This document shows, one piece after another, positions 52,331 through 64,000 of a DNA stretch of 64,000 bases. Position 1 is the first letter of the stretch. Every line of letters begins with the position of its first letter. The notes beneath the pieces are model-generated. The model had not been told where the DNA came from. It made no database searches and was given only the letters and a program-made list of their open reading frames with translations. The position numbers and the translations under genes are program-made. Source of the DNA: Lama guanicoe (taxonomy: Eukaryota); NCBI GenBank assembly GCA_013239625.1, contig MU053881.1, positions 10,654,873 to 10,718,872 on the forward strand, given 5' to 3'.

Positions 52331-55300
52331 AATAACAGCAACAACACACTTATTATTAACCAGGCACAATTTGACGGGCTTTACGTATTTGATCCTGGTA
52401 CTATTATTTCCTCAGTTTTGCAGATAGGGAAACTGAGGAACAGAGCTCTCACAGCTAGCAGGAAGGGAAGCTGAGATGCAAAGTCAGTCCATCTACTAAG
52501 TCTGTGCTGGTGGCCCCTGCCCTGGGCACCACATAACACTTTTTGAATGATGTGCAGCAAACAAATGAATGAGGTGGCTAGCACAAAGACTGCTTTATAA
52601 GCGTTTGTTGTTTTTTTTTTTTTCCACAGAGACTACTAAAGTCAATCACAAGGGCTTTAAATGTAATTTTAAATACACGCCCCTTTGGAAAGAGAAACAG
52701 ACATTTACGAATTCTCCTCACCTTCTACATTGCATCAGTAATTCTACTGCTTCTATCGAAAGGAACATCTCAGACACTGATGCCAAATCCAGTATGCTGC
52801 CTGCTATGCACTCTGGGACTTGTGTTCCTAACTTCTAACAAGCAATCAAATGTCTAAGCAAGCAAGTCAAATAAGAGCAGACCATTCAACAGAAGACACA
52901 TTTGGAAATTTCACCATTTACCATAGTAAGAGACAAACTAAGCTTAATCCTAAGTTTGAGGGTACGTGTTTGCCTTTTCGATCACTATAGATGATATTAC
53001 AGTACATGTAGCTTCATAGATTTTTAGGATGATTAAATCCAGTGATACATGCATAAGAAATTATCAATTCTAATCAACTTGTCCACTCTTCAAATTTACT
53101 TAGAGACTTGGTCTATAAGATGTCAATTTTCTGGAAGCAAACTGAAAAATGTGGTCAGCCACCTGAATGGTTTATCTCCATCACACTGAACATTGTGTTA
53201 CTTATCAATTAGAAGGCTGCAAACTTTTGACTTAGTATCCAGAATATTTGGCAAAGACACTAAGTCAACGGAATCTGGCTCCTTTTGAGTAGAGTGATAA
53301 TACACACCACCTGCTTCACCCCCTCGCTCCTTACCTAGACATGTTTTAAGTCAAAACCCATTTCACTGTATCTAAACTGGCTCTGCATTAATGTTAGACT
53401 TCTTTAAAAAGCACATTAGAAGAATTTTTAATAGGTTAATTACTGATGAATTACACAGAATGTGCTAATTTTCTTTGGCGTAACAATTGTAGGAGCCATT
53501 TGACAGGATACAGCCCTGCAAAGGGGACTTGTTCTCCAGAGGAACCGGTATTACACTGGTCTCCTACTTTTACTCCCAAAACTCTGAGTGTCAATCACAA
53601 AATAATCTCTTCATCAACATCAACAAATGCTTATGTATTTCTTATCTATGAAATGGTATTTTGTTTTATAAAAACAATCTTTCCCTTAGAGTCCATACAC
53701 CCAAGAGAGTAAGTTCTTGCTGATAATAAGGAAAGTCAGTTATAATAATTTCCCTCAACAATTGTCGTACAACCAATCTGTTCACAACATCACATGCAGC
53801 ACCAGTAACTGAGTTTTTTTTTTTTCATTTGTAGTATTGTTAGTTGTTTTTTTTGTTCATTTGTTTGCTTGTTTTGCTTCTCCCTTTGTTAGCCACTACC
53901 ATATACAAAGAGTATTTCGGGACATTTTTCATTCATTTCAAGAGGTTATTCTCTGAGATACATGCTAGTTAAATTTTGAATGCCTCAACGAGACACTCAA
54001 TGCAAGTTGAAATAAACTTATCTTTACGAGGTTTCCAAATAAAATATAAAACTAAAAAAAAAATCTGTCCTTCAAGATTTCAGAAGCCACATTTTATCAA
54101 TGTCATTGCTCACTTCTTTATCATCAGGGAAAGTCAATCTGAAGCAGATCTTGTGGACACTTAAGACCCTATATTTGCACAAAAAAAAATGAATTATTTA
54201 ACACATAACTCCGGCCTGATCATGACATTAATTTAAGATTTCCTTCCCCTCTAATTAAGATAACCATTAGATAAGTATGAACAGGAGGGCTTTTTTTTTT
54301 TTCCCCTCTTTAACTTGGACAATTTAAGAGTTTGGGCAATTTTTGACTGACTTCAAACCTAATTATTTAACTCAGCACCAACCAGAATATCTTAAAGAAA
54401 AAAATTATTGTAACTGCTGGAAACATACTTTCCCAAAGTATGTGATAACTTGTAAATGAACAATTGAACTCTTCTCCTTTCTGAGCTGCCCCTACTATTT
54501 CCATGAATGGAAATTATACAACGAAGGGTGTCGATTTCTTTCACCACCTATAGCTAGATTTCAAACAAACATGTGATAACCAGATACTGGTAATTATTTA
54601 AATACTTTTTGCTCAAAGGCCTCAAAGTTATTGGCAACAATGGCTAATTCATCATCAGATTCCTATCATTCTTCTATGCACAAGGTACACCGAGGTATTT
54701 ATACCAAATTGAGAAGTGAAATGAGTACAATATGCCTGGGACCAAAAGTATTTGCTCTCTTTAATCGCCGATTTTCTTTTTTGCAAGTTTAATTCTTATT
54801 CATTAGAAAGACATTTCTCTGGGACTTCTCCATAGTATATTAAAAAATTCACTTCAGAAATCAATAATGCATGTATACCTCAATTTAAATCTTTTAAAGT
54901 GGGAAAATATGAGCAAGTACAAGCAAATAAGACACAGAAGATGGAATTCAATTAGATAGGATCATTAATAACACTGAATAGGTTAACTGGGAAAAATTGC
55001 GGCCCAAGAGCTACACAGGAATAAATTCACATTTTAAATTTTGAATTTTTCACCTTCTTACCCAGCCTAGGTCTGAGGATGCATCCTTATTTCTCTCCTT
55101 TAAGAAAAGAAGTGTGGTGCCTTCATTGACAAGTGGCCATTTTCAACGTTATATATCATGTATATTTATCTGAGCTGACTAATCATTTTAAGAAAAATTA
55201 GACATTTTGGGTTAAAGTTTTAAACAATTTTCCAGGTATAGGAGAAGGGAAAAGGACAGCTCAGTGTTCTATTTAGGGACAGCCAACCCCAGGGAGTGAT

Positions 55301-55621
55301 CATTATTAATCTTACAACACATTTCAAAGTGATCATACCAATTCCTATTTCTAAAAAGTGTCCATAACAGAAGTTTTCTCATCATTTATAGAGTTGAAGG
55401 AGAGAACAACCTTATTAGGTATTTATAAGTCATCTCAAAGGAAATCCTTTTGAAATGACAGGGTCTTTAAATCAAATTCTAAACAGAAGCCATCTGAAAT
55501 GTTAACACAGCAGTATCCAGTTGACTTCTCCATTTCAATCACATGACTGTCTCAAAAATTACAGCTGTCACTCATCACCTCCTTCTCAGCATTGTCTTCT
55601 GTAGGAATGAGACTTTTTTTT

Positions 55622-56113
55622 TGTAGTAGACATCTTGGGAGTGTTCTCCCAGACAAGGCTTTCTCCCTCTGTGAGATGGGCAGCCCCCAGCAACCATCTT
55701 TTTCCTACATTATCCTGCTCCCTGGCAAGACCCTACGGGTCTAGAAATGGAAGCCTGGCCCAGGCTGGACCATTCGTGTCTGCTCTTTCAGAGTGGGAAG
55801 TGGACTAGGACAAGCAGATCAAGCTCTCATATGCCCATGAATGAAAGGCATGCTATCTGCAAATGGGTGGACCTTTTTGCAACAAATGTGCAAAGCAGGA
55901 AGCAGAGCAAGGATCAGTGAAGACGCGAGATGATGCATCTTAAGGAGTTTGAGAGATGGTGCTGGAGGCTGAGAGCTTTTTAAGTTGTCATGTCTTTCTT
56001 CCCCCTTAACTCCACAAGTTAGTTTTACACTTCTTAATAAACTCCCCCATCTTCGCGTGAGCAAGTGCCAGTTGGTTTCTGTGACTTGAATCCCAAAGAC
56101 CATTGATTAAGAC
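55622..56113 (+). mobile_element. Old MaLR LTR (MLT1K/L-like)
   Basis: Starts tgtagtagaca. Contains aataaactcccc...ccagttggtttctgtgacttg and ends ttgattaagaca. Confidence 0.6.
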
Positions 56114-57294
56114 ATTCGCTCTTCTGCATCATATGCCCTTTTCCAACATTTTTAGATGTTATAGAAAGAGTTGAATGAATGCTTTATGATGAGAAAGTAT
56201 ATGAAATTTTCTTTGAAACGTGAGTGACAAATTCAAGGATTATTATCCCCCATCATACATTTTTCTTGCAAAAAACATGCAAAAGTCAGAAAATGCTTTT
56301 CAACTTGGCAATTTCTGGAAACATCAATTTCTTGAAACATTTTCTCTTTCTAGTTATCACCATGTCCTTCCTTGGGCTTGCAAACATACCTCCAAAGTTA
56401 AGAGCCTTATCACTTGTACTGCATGTCTATTTGTATCCAGTGTGATGCCCATGCCTCTAAATCTATCTTAAAACCACAGATCCCAGTAACATAACATGAT
56501 GTGTCACTTATTAGTGGCTCACCAAGCAAGTCACCAGGTAGTAGCTATTAAAGAACTCCAGTGGTCCTGGACCTAGGAACAGTGAACTGTGAGTCCTGGG
56601 GTATTTCTTGTTAACACTTCACCAATACCAATAATGACTTTCAAAACAAAACACACAATACACAGAGTAACTGACACGGGACTGTGGATATTCCCTTTCA
56701 CTCTCAGTCGGAAAAAGAGGAGCTCTGTTAGTTTTTCTTAACCAAGCAACACATCGCCAAAGACAATCGTTCTCAAGCGTATTTAAAACTAATCTACTGT
56801 GAAAGTGAAAAATTTCTACAATGGGGAAGGAAAGAAGGGGGAGAGGGAAAAAGGAAAAGAGAGAGAGACTTGGTTAACAACGCTTTACGTGCTTCAAACC
56901 ATGTTAACGTTGTTTTACCCATTTCACTTCCTTACTTACTGTAACAGGAGTAGAGGGACATTCTTATCATTTGAAAAACATTCCAGAGCCTTTTTTGGGT
57001 AAGCCTAATTAAGATAACATTGTTCTCACTCTAATCATGAGAGGAGTTACTGCACAAACTGGGTTCCCATCAATCGGTTAGTTGAAGTTAGTTAGTTAAC
57101 AGTGAACAGTCACAGAGGACCTACTTAGTTAACCAGGGACAACTATGGTGTAACTAGTATGTAAGAGACACTAGACTAAGCGTGGCAGATGTGATATTAA
57201 AAAATAAAGTAAAACTTCCTTCAAGGAGTTTTAGGGGAAACTGAAGAAGCATAAGTGGGAGACATGACAAAGCATAAGTCATTTTCTAACATCC

Positions 57295-57652
57295 TTAGAA
57301 AATATCCAATCCTGCCATGGGTGACAGCGTGGATGGCCCTGGAGCACCTCGGGCTAAGTGAAATAAGCCGGTCAGAGAAGGACAAATACGGCCTGATTCC
57401 ACTTACATGAGGACTCTAAGGAAGTCGAACACACACACAGCCGAGAGTGGTGGGTTGCCAGGGGCAGGGGAGAGGGGAAAACGGGGAGTCACTCAGTGGG
57501 TACAGAATCTCAGTTCCGCAAGATGATTAAGTCTAGAGAGAGATCTGCTGGACAACAGTGTGCCTAGAGGTAACGAGAGTGTACTGTGCACTTTAAAATT
57601 TTGTGAAGTGGATGGATCTCATGTTAAGTGTTCTTACCACAATAAAAAAAAG
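57295..57652 (+). mobile_element. L1 (L1MA9-like) 3' end
   Basis: gctaagtgaaataagccggtcagagaaggacaaatac...gggttgccagggg...atgttaagtgttcttaccacaataaaaaaa. Confidence 0.9.
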
Positions 57653-57699
57653 TAAGAAAACATCTTAAACCGGCACAAAATTCACCGGAGGCTTGCAGC

Positions 57700-57981
57700 A
57701 AACCTGTCTGCCTGGGGAAAGGTGCCTGTGTCCGGGAGCTGGCGGAACGCAGCAGAGCGCGGATCATTACTGCTTGGTGGAGACAAGTGGGAGTTGACGG
57801 GTGTGTGTGTTTGTATCATCTGGGCGGCTCTGGGTGTCGGCTGGTGACAGCCACCTCGGTGGCGGGGGCGGGGTCTGAGCCCTGCCCCGCTCGGCCACCA
57901 GCCAGCACCACCTGGAGCGCTGGCGCTGGGAGACGTGCCTCCTCTCTTCAGTTGGTCTCTGGCAGCTATTCAAATGTAAGT
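57700..57981 (+). promoter_or_regulatory. GC/CpG-rich promoter- or enhancer-like patch
   Basis: Local CpG cluster, GC box ggggcgggg at 57865-57873, gccccgc at 57884-57890, and a donor-like AAT|gtaagt at 57975/57976. Confidence 0.4.
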
Positions 57982-58374
57982 TAAGTATGTTAGGACTGGC
58001 TTTGCGAAACATCTCTAAGTAAGAACTCCCACCGCACTGTCAAACGGAAACTGAGCTCTCAGAAAACGTCCAGAATTAGGTTTTATCTCTGACACGTCAG
58101 ATAACAATAGAAAAAATTTGTCTTCATACATTCAAAGTGCTTCACATATATTATTTACACTCCTGACACCTGTGAGGAGTTGAAAAAAAAAAAAGAGGAA
58201 AAGAAGCACGCAAAGATCTAAAGCCTAGAAATGCTCAGTGAGTCTTCAAAGCTGTACTGATAACAACAATAATTTCTGCTACAACTAGACCCCTGCCACT
58301 GCTGCCTCCCACAAACCTTACTATTTCTGTGCCCAGAACAAAACACTGCACGTTTAGTCTTTGTCTTAATTTTT

Positions 58375-58490
58375 CCTCACCCCCCTTTCTTGGTGAGGAA
58401 AAGGCTCACAGAGGTATAGGTAACGTGCCCAAGCACACAGAGCTACAAAGAGCGGTGTGTCTGAAGCTGAAGCCCGCGTTCCGCGTCACT
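58375..58490 (-). mobile_element. MIR SINE
   Basis: ggtgaggaaaaggctcacagagg...taacgtgcccaagcacacagagct. Confidence 0.7.
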
Positions 58491-58669
58491 ACATCACCAT
58501 CCTTCAAGATCTCGCAGGAGGCTTCCCCATACAAAATCATTCTCTACGATTATGCTTCTAAATATGTATGTATTGCATTCAAAATTATTTCACATATTTT
58601 GGTCTCACATAGTCATGCATGAAACTAACTAGCCAGCAATTCTCTAACACTATTTCAAACGTCAAACAC

Positions 58670-58878
58670 GTACCCCATTTGACTATTCCTCAAAGCATTT
58701 ACCGTGACTTGATACATAGAGAGAAAAAGATACGAATGCACATTTGGTTGTTTACTGTCTGCTCCCCTTCATGACATCTTAAGGTCCATCAGAACAGGGA
58801 CCTTCTGTCTGCATCATTATTCTGGACTGAGAGTCTAGGATACTGTAAGCCTTCAGTATGCTTATGTTGAATGAATTC
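58670..58878 (+). mobile_element. LINE-2 3' end
   Basis: gtttactgtctgctcccc...agaacagggacctt...tgcttatgttgaatgaat. Confidence 0.7.
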
Positions 58879-60564
58879 TAATCTTGACCGCCAAATATCA
58901 GGGCTGTCTCCACTATTACAGATTAAAGTTATAATTATTTCTTATATGCGTTCATTGTCAACAACTTGTCAAAAGTATTTTTGCCTAACCTATTTAATCA
59001 GATTCTGTAAGCATCACAATATGACACTGGAAGTATGCAGGGGGCGGAAACTGCCATACTGACTTTCATTAAAGGGCAAATGAACTAGGAGAACAAATAT
59101 TCAAGAAACCACACCACATGGCAGAGAAAAACCAAGCTGTGAAATTTCCGAAAATGAAGTTGAAATCCTGCCTCTGTCAAAGACTGTATGACCACAGGTA
59201 GGTCATTTATCTTCATGTACACAAATGGGAAGTAATGAAGATTATACAGAGGGATTGCTACCAGGATGACACAAGATAAAACATAAGACGTTTGAGACAT
59301 AATTTTCCCGACTTCCTCTACAATGCTGCAAAACAGCAAAGAATTCTGTTTCAAACAATTGCACATGTCTCTAGCAAGTCATCTGCGGCAACAAAACAGA
59401 CGAAGCGGAAGGTAAAAGGTGGTGCACGGCCCTCCCAGACCTGGAGGTCGACAGAGAAAACATCAGACGACGGAACGTGGCATCCTGGGTGACACCTCAG
59501 CAGAATGGCACAGCCCAGACACGAAAGGGGAGGCATGAAACGCGGCACAGAAAAGACAGTGGGCAACGTGGCTTTAGAACTTAGAACTGCGTCGGGGGGC
59601 AAACTTCAGAGGCAGCTTAGTGTGATGGCGAGATAGTGAATAGAACTAAATTCAGACTAAAAAGCTAGAGCTTTTCATTTCAAAGGGACGGACAGAAGGG
59701 ATTGTCCGGCTTATGTTTCAGGAAAGCACCAAAGAACTTCACCATCTTTGGGAATTCCCCGGGGTGTAAAAGTTCAGTAAAAGAAAATTGGATTAAAGTA
59801 CTCAACGCTAAGTGAACGTCTCAAGATTAGTTAGGTGGTCCGCTTCTCTCCCCGCTTGGATCTTTGGACTGGACACAGAGAAAGGATCAGAGACAAAACC
59901 AAATACTTTTTAAGGAGACAGAACTAAGTTTAGGGGGTGAGTACTATTCAGCACATTCACGATGAGAAGATTACAGACACAATTTGACAGACTCCCCTCT
60001 CCTTTTTCTGAAAGAAAATGTTTCAGATGATTGGCACATGGAACACGGTAGATGGAAACAAAAAGTTATTAGCTTTTGTGTTTTCTTTTCAGGATTTAAA
60101 AAGTTCATGCTATGCTAAGTTTATGCAGTATGTGAAGGAAAAAAACACACGTGGAAGTTTTGGGATTATCCAAGGGATCTGGATATATACAAAAGCCAGC
60201 TGGGCTAACACCCCTCAACATCGTTAGCCATTTCTTTTTACTGATGTTTCTTGAAAGCAGGAGTTTTATCTGACAATTTGATAAATATCATTAAGATAGT
60301 TAAAACAGCAAAGCAAAGAAAAAAGTTCATTTTTCTTACAATAAGAATGTTTGGACTCTGAATTCAAAGTCTTCAGGCAGATAAGACATTTTACACATGG
60401 ACTATTCTTAGGAGGTCAGAGATGAAACAGTGTATTTCATAAATATGTTTTTCATAAACCCTAAGGTATTCATTTTTAATTAAAAACATTCAAGCAAACA
60501 TTTATATAGAAAAGTACAATGTTCCACTTAACTGTTTTTAGTGCTTTCCATATATTAAAATTAA

Positions 60565-60700
60565 TTTGTAAGCAATCCTATAAGGTAAGAACTATTGTAC
60601 CCATTTTACAGATGCAGAAACTGAAGCAAGAAGAGGTTATTTCAACTTCCCCAAACTATTCATCTGGTAAGCAGCAGAGATAAGGATCAAAAAAGCACAC
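60565..60700 (-). mobile_element. MIR SINE
   Basis: cccattttacagatgcagaaactgaagc core. Confidence 0.75.
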
Positions 60701-61094
60701 CTCCACTCCTGTCTTACTCAATTTAGTTCAGCAGAAGTAGATGAGTCAAGTCTATGTGCTACTGACTTGAAAACAAAAGCTTACCACGGGAATAGACCAC
60801 ACTCATACTAAGATACAACATTTGTACTCCTCAGATGAATTTTTCCCTCCTCGTTGGGACTTTCACCCAAAACCAGTAATATTCATAATCATTCACTGTC
60901 ACCTATTTTAACCCAGTTATTTTTTTGGTATCAAGGGAAGATATAACCTATGAGTAAATGAATATAAGGGTCCAAGGAGATTGCACATGAGAGTGGGGAA
61001 ATTAGATCGAGTACCGGCGCTGGATACGGGCCTGAAGGCACTGAGAGAATGTTGGGCAGACGCAGAACACAGCATCATAACTGAATGAAGGTAG

Positions 61095-61250
61095 GAGAGG
61101 AGAGCAGGAGAGAGCACAGGCTCTGAGCGACCTGGGCTGAAATCTCACGGGATCTTGGACAAGTCTCTCATCTCTCCTAAGCTTCTAGAGTCTGCATCTG
61201 TAAAGCGGCAATCATCATGGAAGCTCCCTTACGGAGCTGTTCAATAAATC
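61095..61250 (+). mobile_element. MIR SINE
   Basis: agagcacaggctctgag...acctgggctgaaatc...atcttggacaagt...catctgtaaa. Confidence 0.7.
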
Positions 61251-62412
61251 CTAGCCCTTATTCACATCACACATATTAGAAATGGAGTAAGGGATATTCA
61301 AGAGTTAGACTGATTTTTTTAAGGAAGAGATTCAATAAAGGAATCAAATAGTACCCTCTAAGAAGGGGTAGACCACAACAGGAGTTGGTTTAACTTCCCA
61401 AATCAGAGACATACAGATGTTAATTCTATTCCTTGTAAGAGCAGAACTGTTTTTGTTAGTTAATTCAAGTACATTTGGCAAATAAATTATAAAAGAGTTG
61501 CATCAGAATAACTAAAATATTAGAAGTCTTAATGTATCCCTAAGAAAAATCCAGATTTTTTTTTTTTAAGTGTGGAAATATATGAGCATCTACTTGGAAA
61601 AATAATAGCTGCCTAGATACAATTAATTAGTTTAAATTTGATTCCACAGCCAGTCACAACCATCACTTCACTCTTTGATGCAAAATTTTACCATACATAA
61701 CTAGCATCGAGCTCTTTCTAATTCTATGGAGTTTTTGCTTTTAGTTTTTAAAAGACCTTTCTCAAAAGTTACAATAAATGCATACAGAACATTCAGCAGC
61801 TCCTGTCTTTGTGAACAGCTTCATCAAAGCATGAATTAGAGATACTTCAGACCTGGAGTTCTATGCTGGCGTGTATGCTGTGACCACCAGCCTCCAAAAA
61901 AGTGAGAAAATCCATTTCTACTGTTTAGGCTGCCAAAAAATAAATAAACAAACAAGTCAATAAAAAGGGGTAGAATGGGCACCTTCTAATGATTATATAC
62001 CCATAAGTGACACAGAAAAAAAATGTTTTAGTACTTTTCTGTTTATTCATTAAATTTCAAAACAATGACTTCCTTTTAACGTGGGAATGTCAAGTGTTGT
62101 TTACAAGTAATTTTATAAAATGTAAAATTTTTAAAATAAATTATCCTAAAAGGGGCATTAAAAGGATTATGTAAGTGATATTAAAATCCACAAATAACAA
62201 ATTAGGAAAACACTGGCGAATGCTAAGCATTTAAAACTTTAAAGAAATACAAATCACTTTTCCAAGTTTTCAAAAAAAATTATTTTGTGCTCTGTAATCT
62301 ATCATACATCAAGAGTTTAATGAAAGCACACTCGTCACTAACTCAATAAAAGATGTCATTTGACCACTCTATCGTACGGGTGAAAATGACCTGATTCCCC
62401 ACTTTTCTTTGC

Positions 62413-62413
62413 A

Positions 62414-62451
<38 letters not shown>
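62413..62451. repeat. (TG)n microsatellite
   Basis: About 15 uninterrupted GT units from 62421. Confidence 0.95.
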
Positions 62452-62453
<2 letters not shown>

Positions 62454-62590
62454 GGTTCCTCAGCTAATATTTCAAGGAAAATGAAACCACTAAGATATTT
62501 TATCATTTGAATTTAAAACATTCGACTTCTCTTACTCCAAAACTACCCCGCCACTCCACGTGGAGTGCCAAACCAATTGAAGCACATACT

Positions 62591-62625
62591 ACACACACAC
62601 TCACACACACACACACACACACACT
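62591..62625. repeat. (CA)n microsatellite
   Basis: Interrupted AC run seen directly. Confidence 0.95.
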
Positions 62626-63374
62626 CAAAACACAACTTTGCCCCAACAGTTCACAGTTCTAATTAAAAGCTACATTTTGTTAAGCAAATTAGGAGTTACA
62701 ATAAAGTGGAGGGAGCATGTGAAATGAATAATTAACATTGTATAGACTTCAGCATCGTAATTAAGATTAAATGCCGCATATATTCAAACTGGATTAGCAC
62801 AGCCATTGAGAGCAGCGATGTGCTCAGTGGGGGAGTATGCTTTTGCTAAATAATGTTTTATGAAGAGTATTCTAAAAACATTAAGCATAAGGTTGTCATA
62901 TATAAAATGATTAAAGTTTTATACAAAAGAAGCTGTAATTCCGGTAAATGAAGTAATTTCATTTTCCTGCTGTTTTCACCTTTAGGAACATACTGTAAAT
63001 GGAAAGAAACTCCATGTGACATCTTATTAAATAGAGAATGAATCCCCTTGTTTGAAATTAATAAACTCTCACTACATAAATTTGGGGTAACAGACAGTTC
63101 CAGGTACTTATCCTCACTTATTTCTTTGTTATCTCTTGGAAAGATTCATTTTATTTAACTTCTTATTTATTGCATCCCTCAATCTTGTTAGCCAGTTTTT
63201 TGGGGGGAGGGTCATTACTGAAACTAATCATTCATTTAATTCATCTTTAACTGAAATCTTTCTTGCATTTTGCCATAATTCCTGAAAACTCTTCGAGTTG
63301 GCAATAGATATTAACATTTTCCCTAGTATGTGCATTTCATTCACGCTGACAGCTAGTAGCTTTAACGCTGATTA

Positions 63375-64000
63375 TGAGGCAGGAAGGGGGGTAGGGCACA
63401 GACATTCAAGGAATGCTACAGCAGTTAACATCAAAATGGTTAAAGATTCAACCCCCAGTAGCCTTGAGGCTCAGGATGATGAGAGATTTAGCTACCAGTA
63501 GACCTTGAGCTTCGTTATACACTCATTGTAATATATTAGCATGGTGAATAACACGCCCACAAGCACCATGGCAGTCCCAGGGCTAGCCACAAAAGGTCAA
63601 AGAGTGGGAAATGGCCAACTTCCTGGGAATTCCAGCCCCTGCCCCAGGCTTCTTAGACTGGTCCTTCCACTTACTAGCATATGAAGCCACCAAGCCCAGA
63701 AAACCTAGCTACAAGGTGCCTCGCGGCCCCTCTCTCTCTCAGTTCAGAGCGGGCTGCACTCTGTCTATGGAGTGTGTCTCTACTTTTAATCTGAGCACCC
63801 AACCCCCACACCTCGTGACCTTTCTCTTGCCCTTCAACGTATCTAAATAAATCTACCTTTACTCAACTGGAGCTCGGCTCTTTCTTGAATTCTTTCCTGC
63901 ACGAAGCCAAGGACCCACACTTGGTGGGGCACGTCCCAGTGGCTCAACCAAAGCCTGGGACACGGCCCTCCTGATGCCCCACATCTGTTTTCCTGCATCA
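63375..64000 (+). mobile_element. ERV1-class LTR, MER41-like, apparently complete
   Basis: Starts TGAGGCAGGAA and ends TTCCTGCATCA (11-bp inverted termini with one mismatch). aataaa near 63847 followed by a U5-like ttcttgaattctttcctgcacgaagccaaggaccc. Confidence 0.8.

Noticed and set aside
1..64000. Supplied six-frame ORFs as protein-coding genes
   Set aside because: All are short (up to 178 aa), often start at non-ATG codons and have low-complexity F/L/K/S composition. The only recognisable ones are decayed L1 ORF2.
1..64000. CRISPR array, operon or prokaryotic defence system
   Set aside because: There are no regularly spaced direct repeats or gene-dense blocks, and the repeat content is clearly mammalian.

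Overview
This is mammalian genomic DNA. It is AT-rich and CpG-depleted, and dense in eutherian repeats (L1, L2, MIR, MaLR/ERVL/ERV1 LTRs, hAT MITE). Two tRNA-derived SINEs of the Vic-1 type point to a camelid (alpaca, llama or camel). I recognise no protein-coding gene, RNA gene, CRISPR array or prokaryotic feature. The supplied ORFs are chance frames or decayed L1/LTR sequence, so the window looks intronic or intergenic. Unique segments carry several exon-like units with good splice signals, notably a minus-strand set at about 28.2, 9.8, 4.2, 2.4 and 1.2 kb that could be a lncRNA or 5' UTR. They also carry enhancer- and promoter-like motif clusters. Other points of interest are a MER41-like LTR with overlapping ETS/STAT/NF-kB motifs, a probable retrocopy ending in a MaLR polyA site, and a few insertions with target-site duplications (TSDs). 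I cannot support a novel biological system from sequence alone. Repeat family names come from recalled consensus similarity and their boundaries are approximate.
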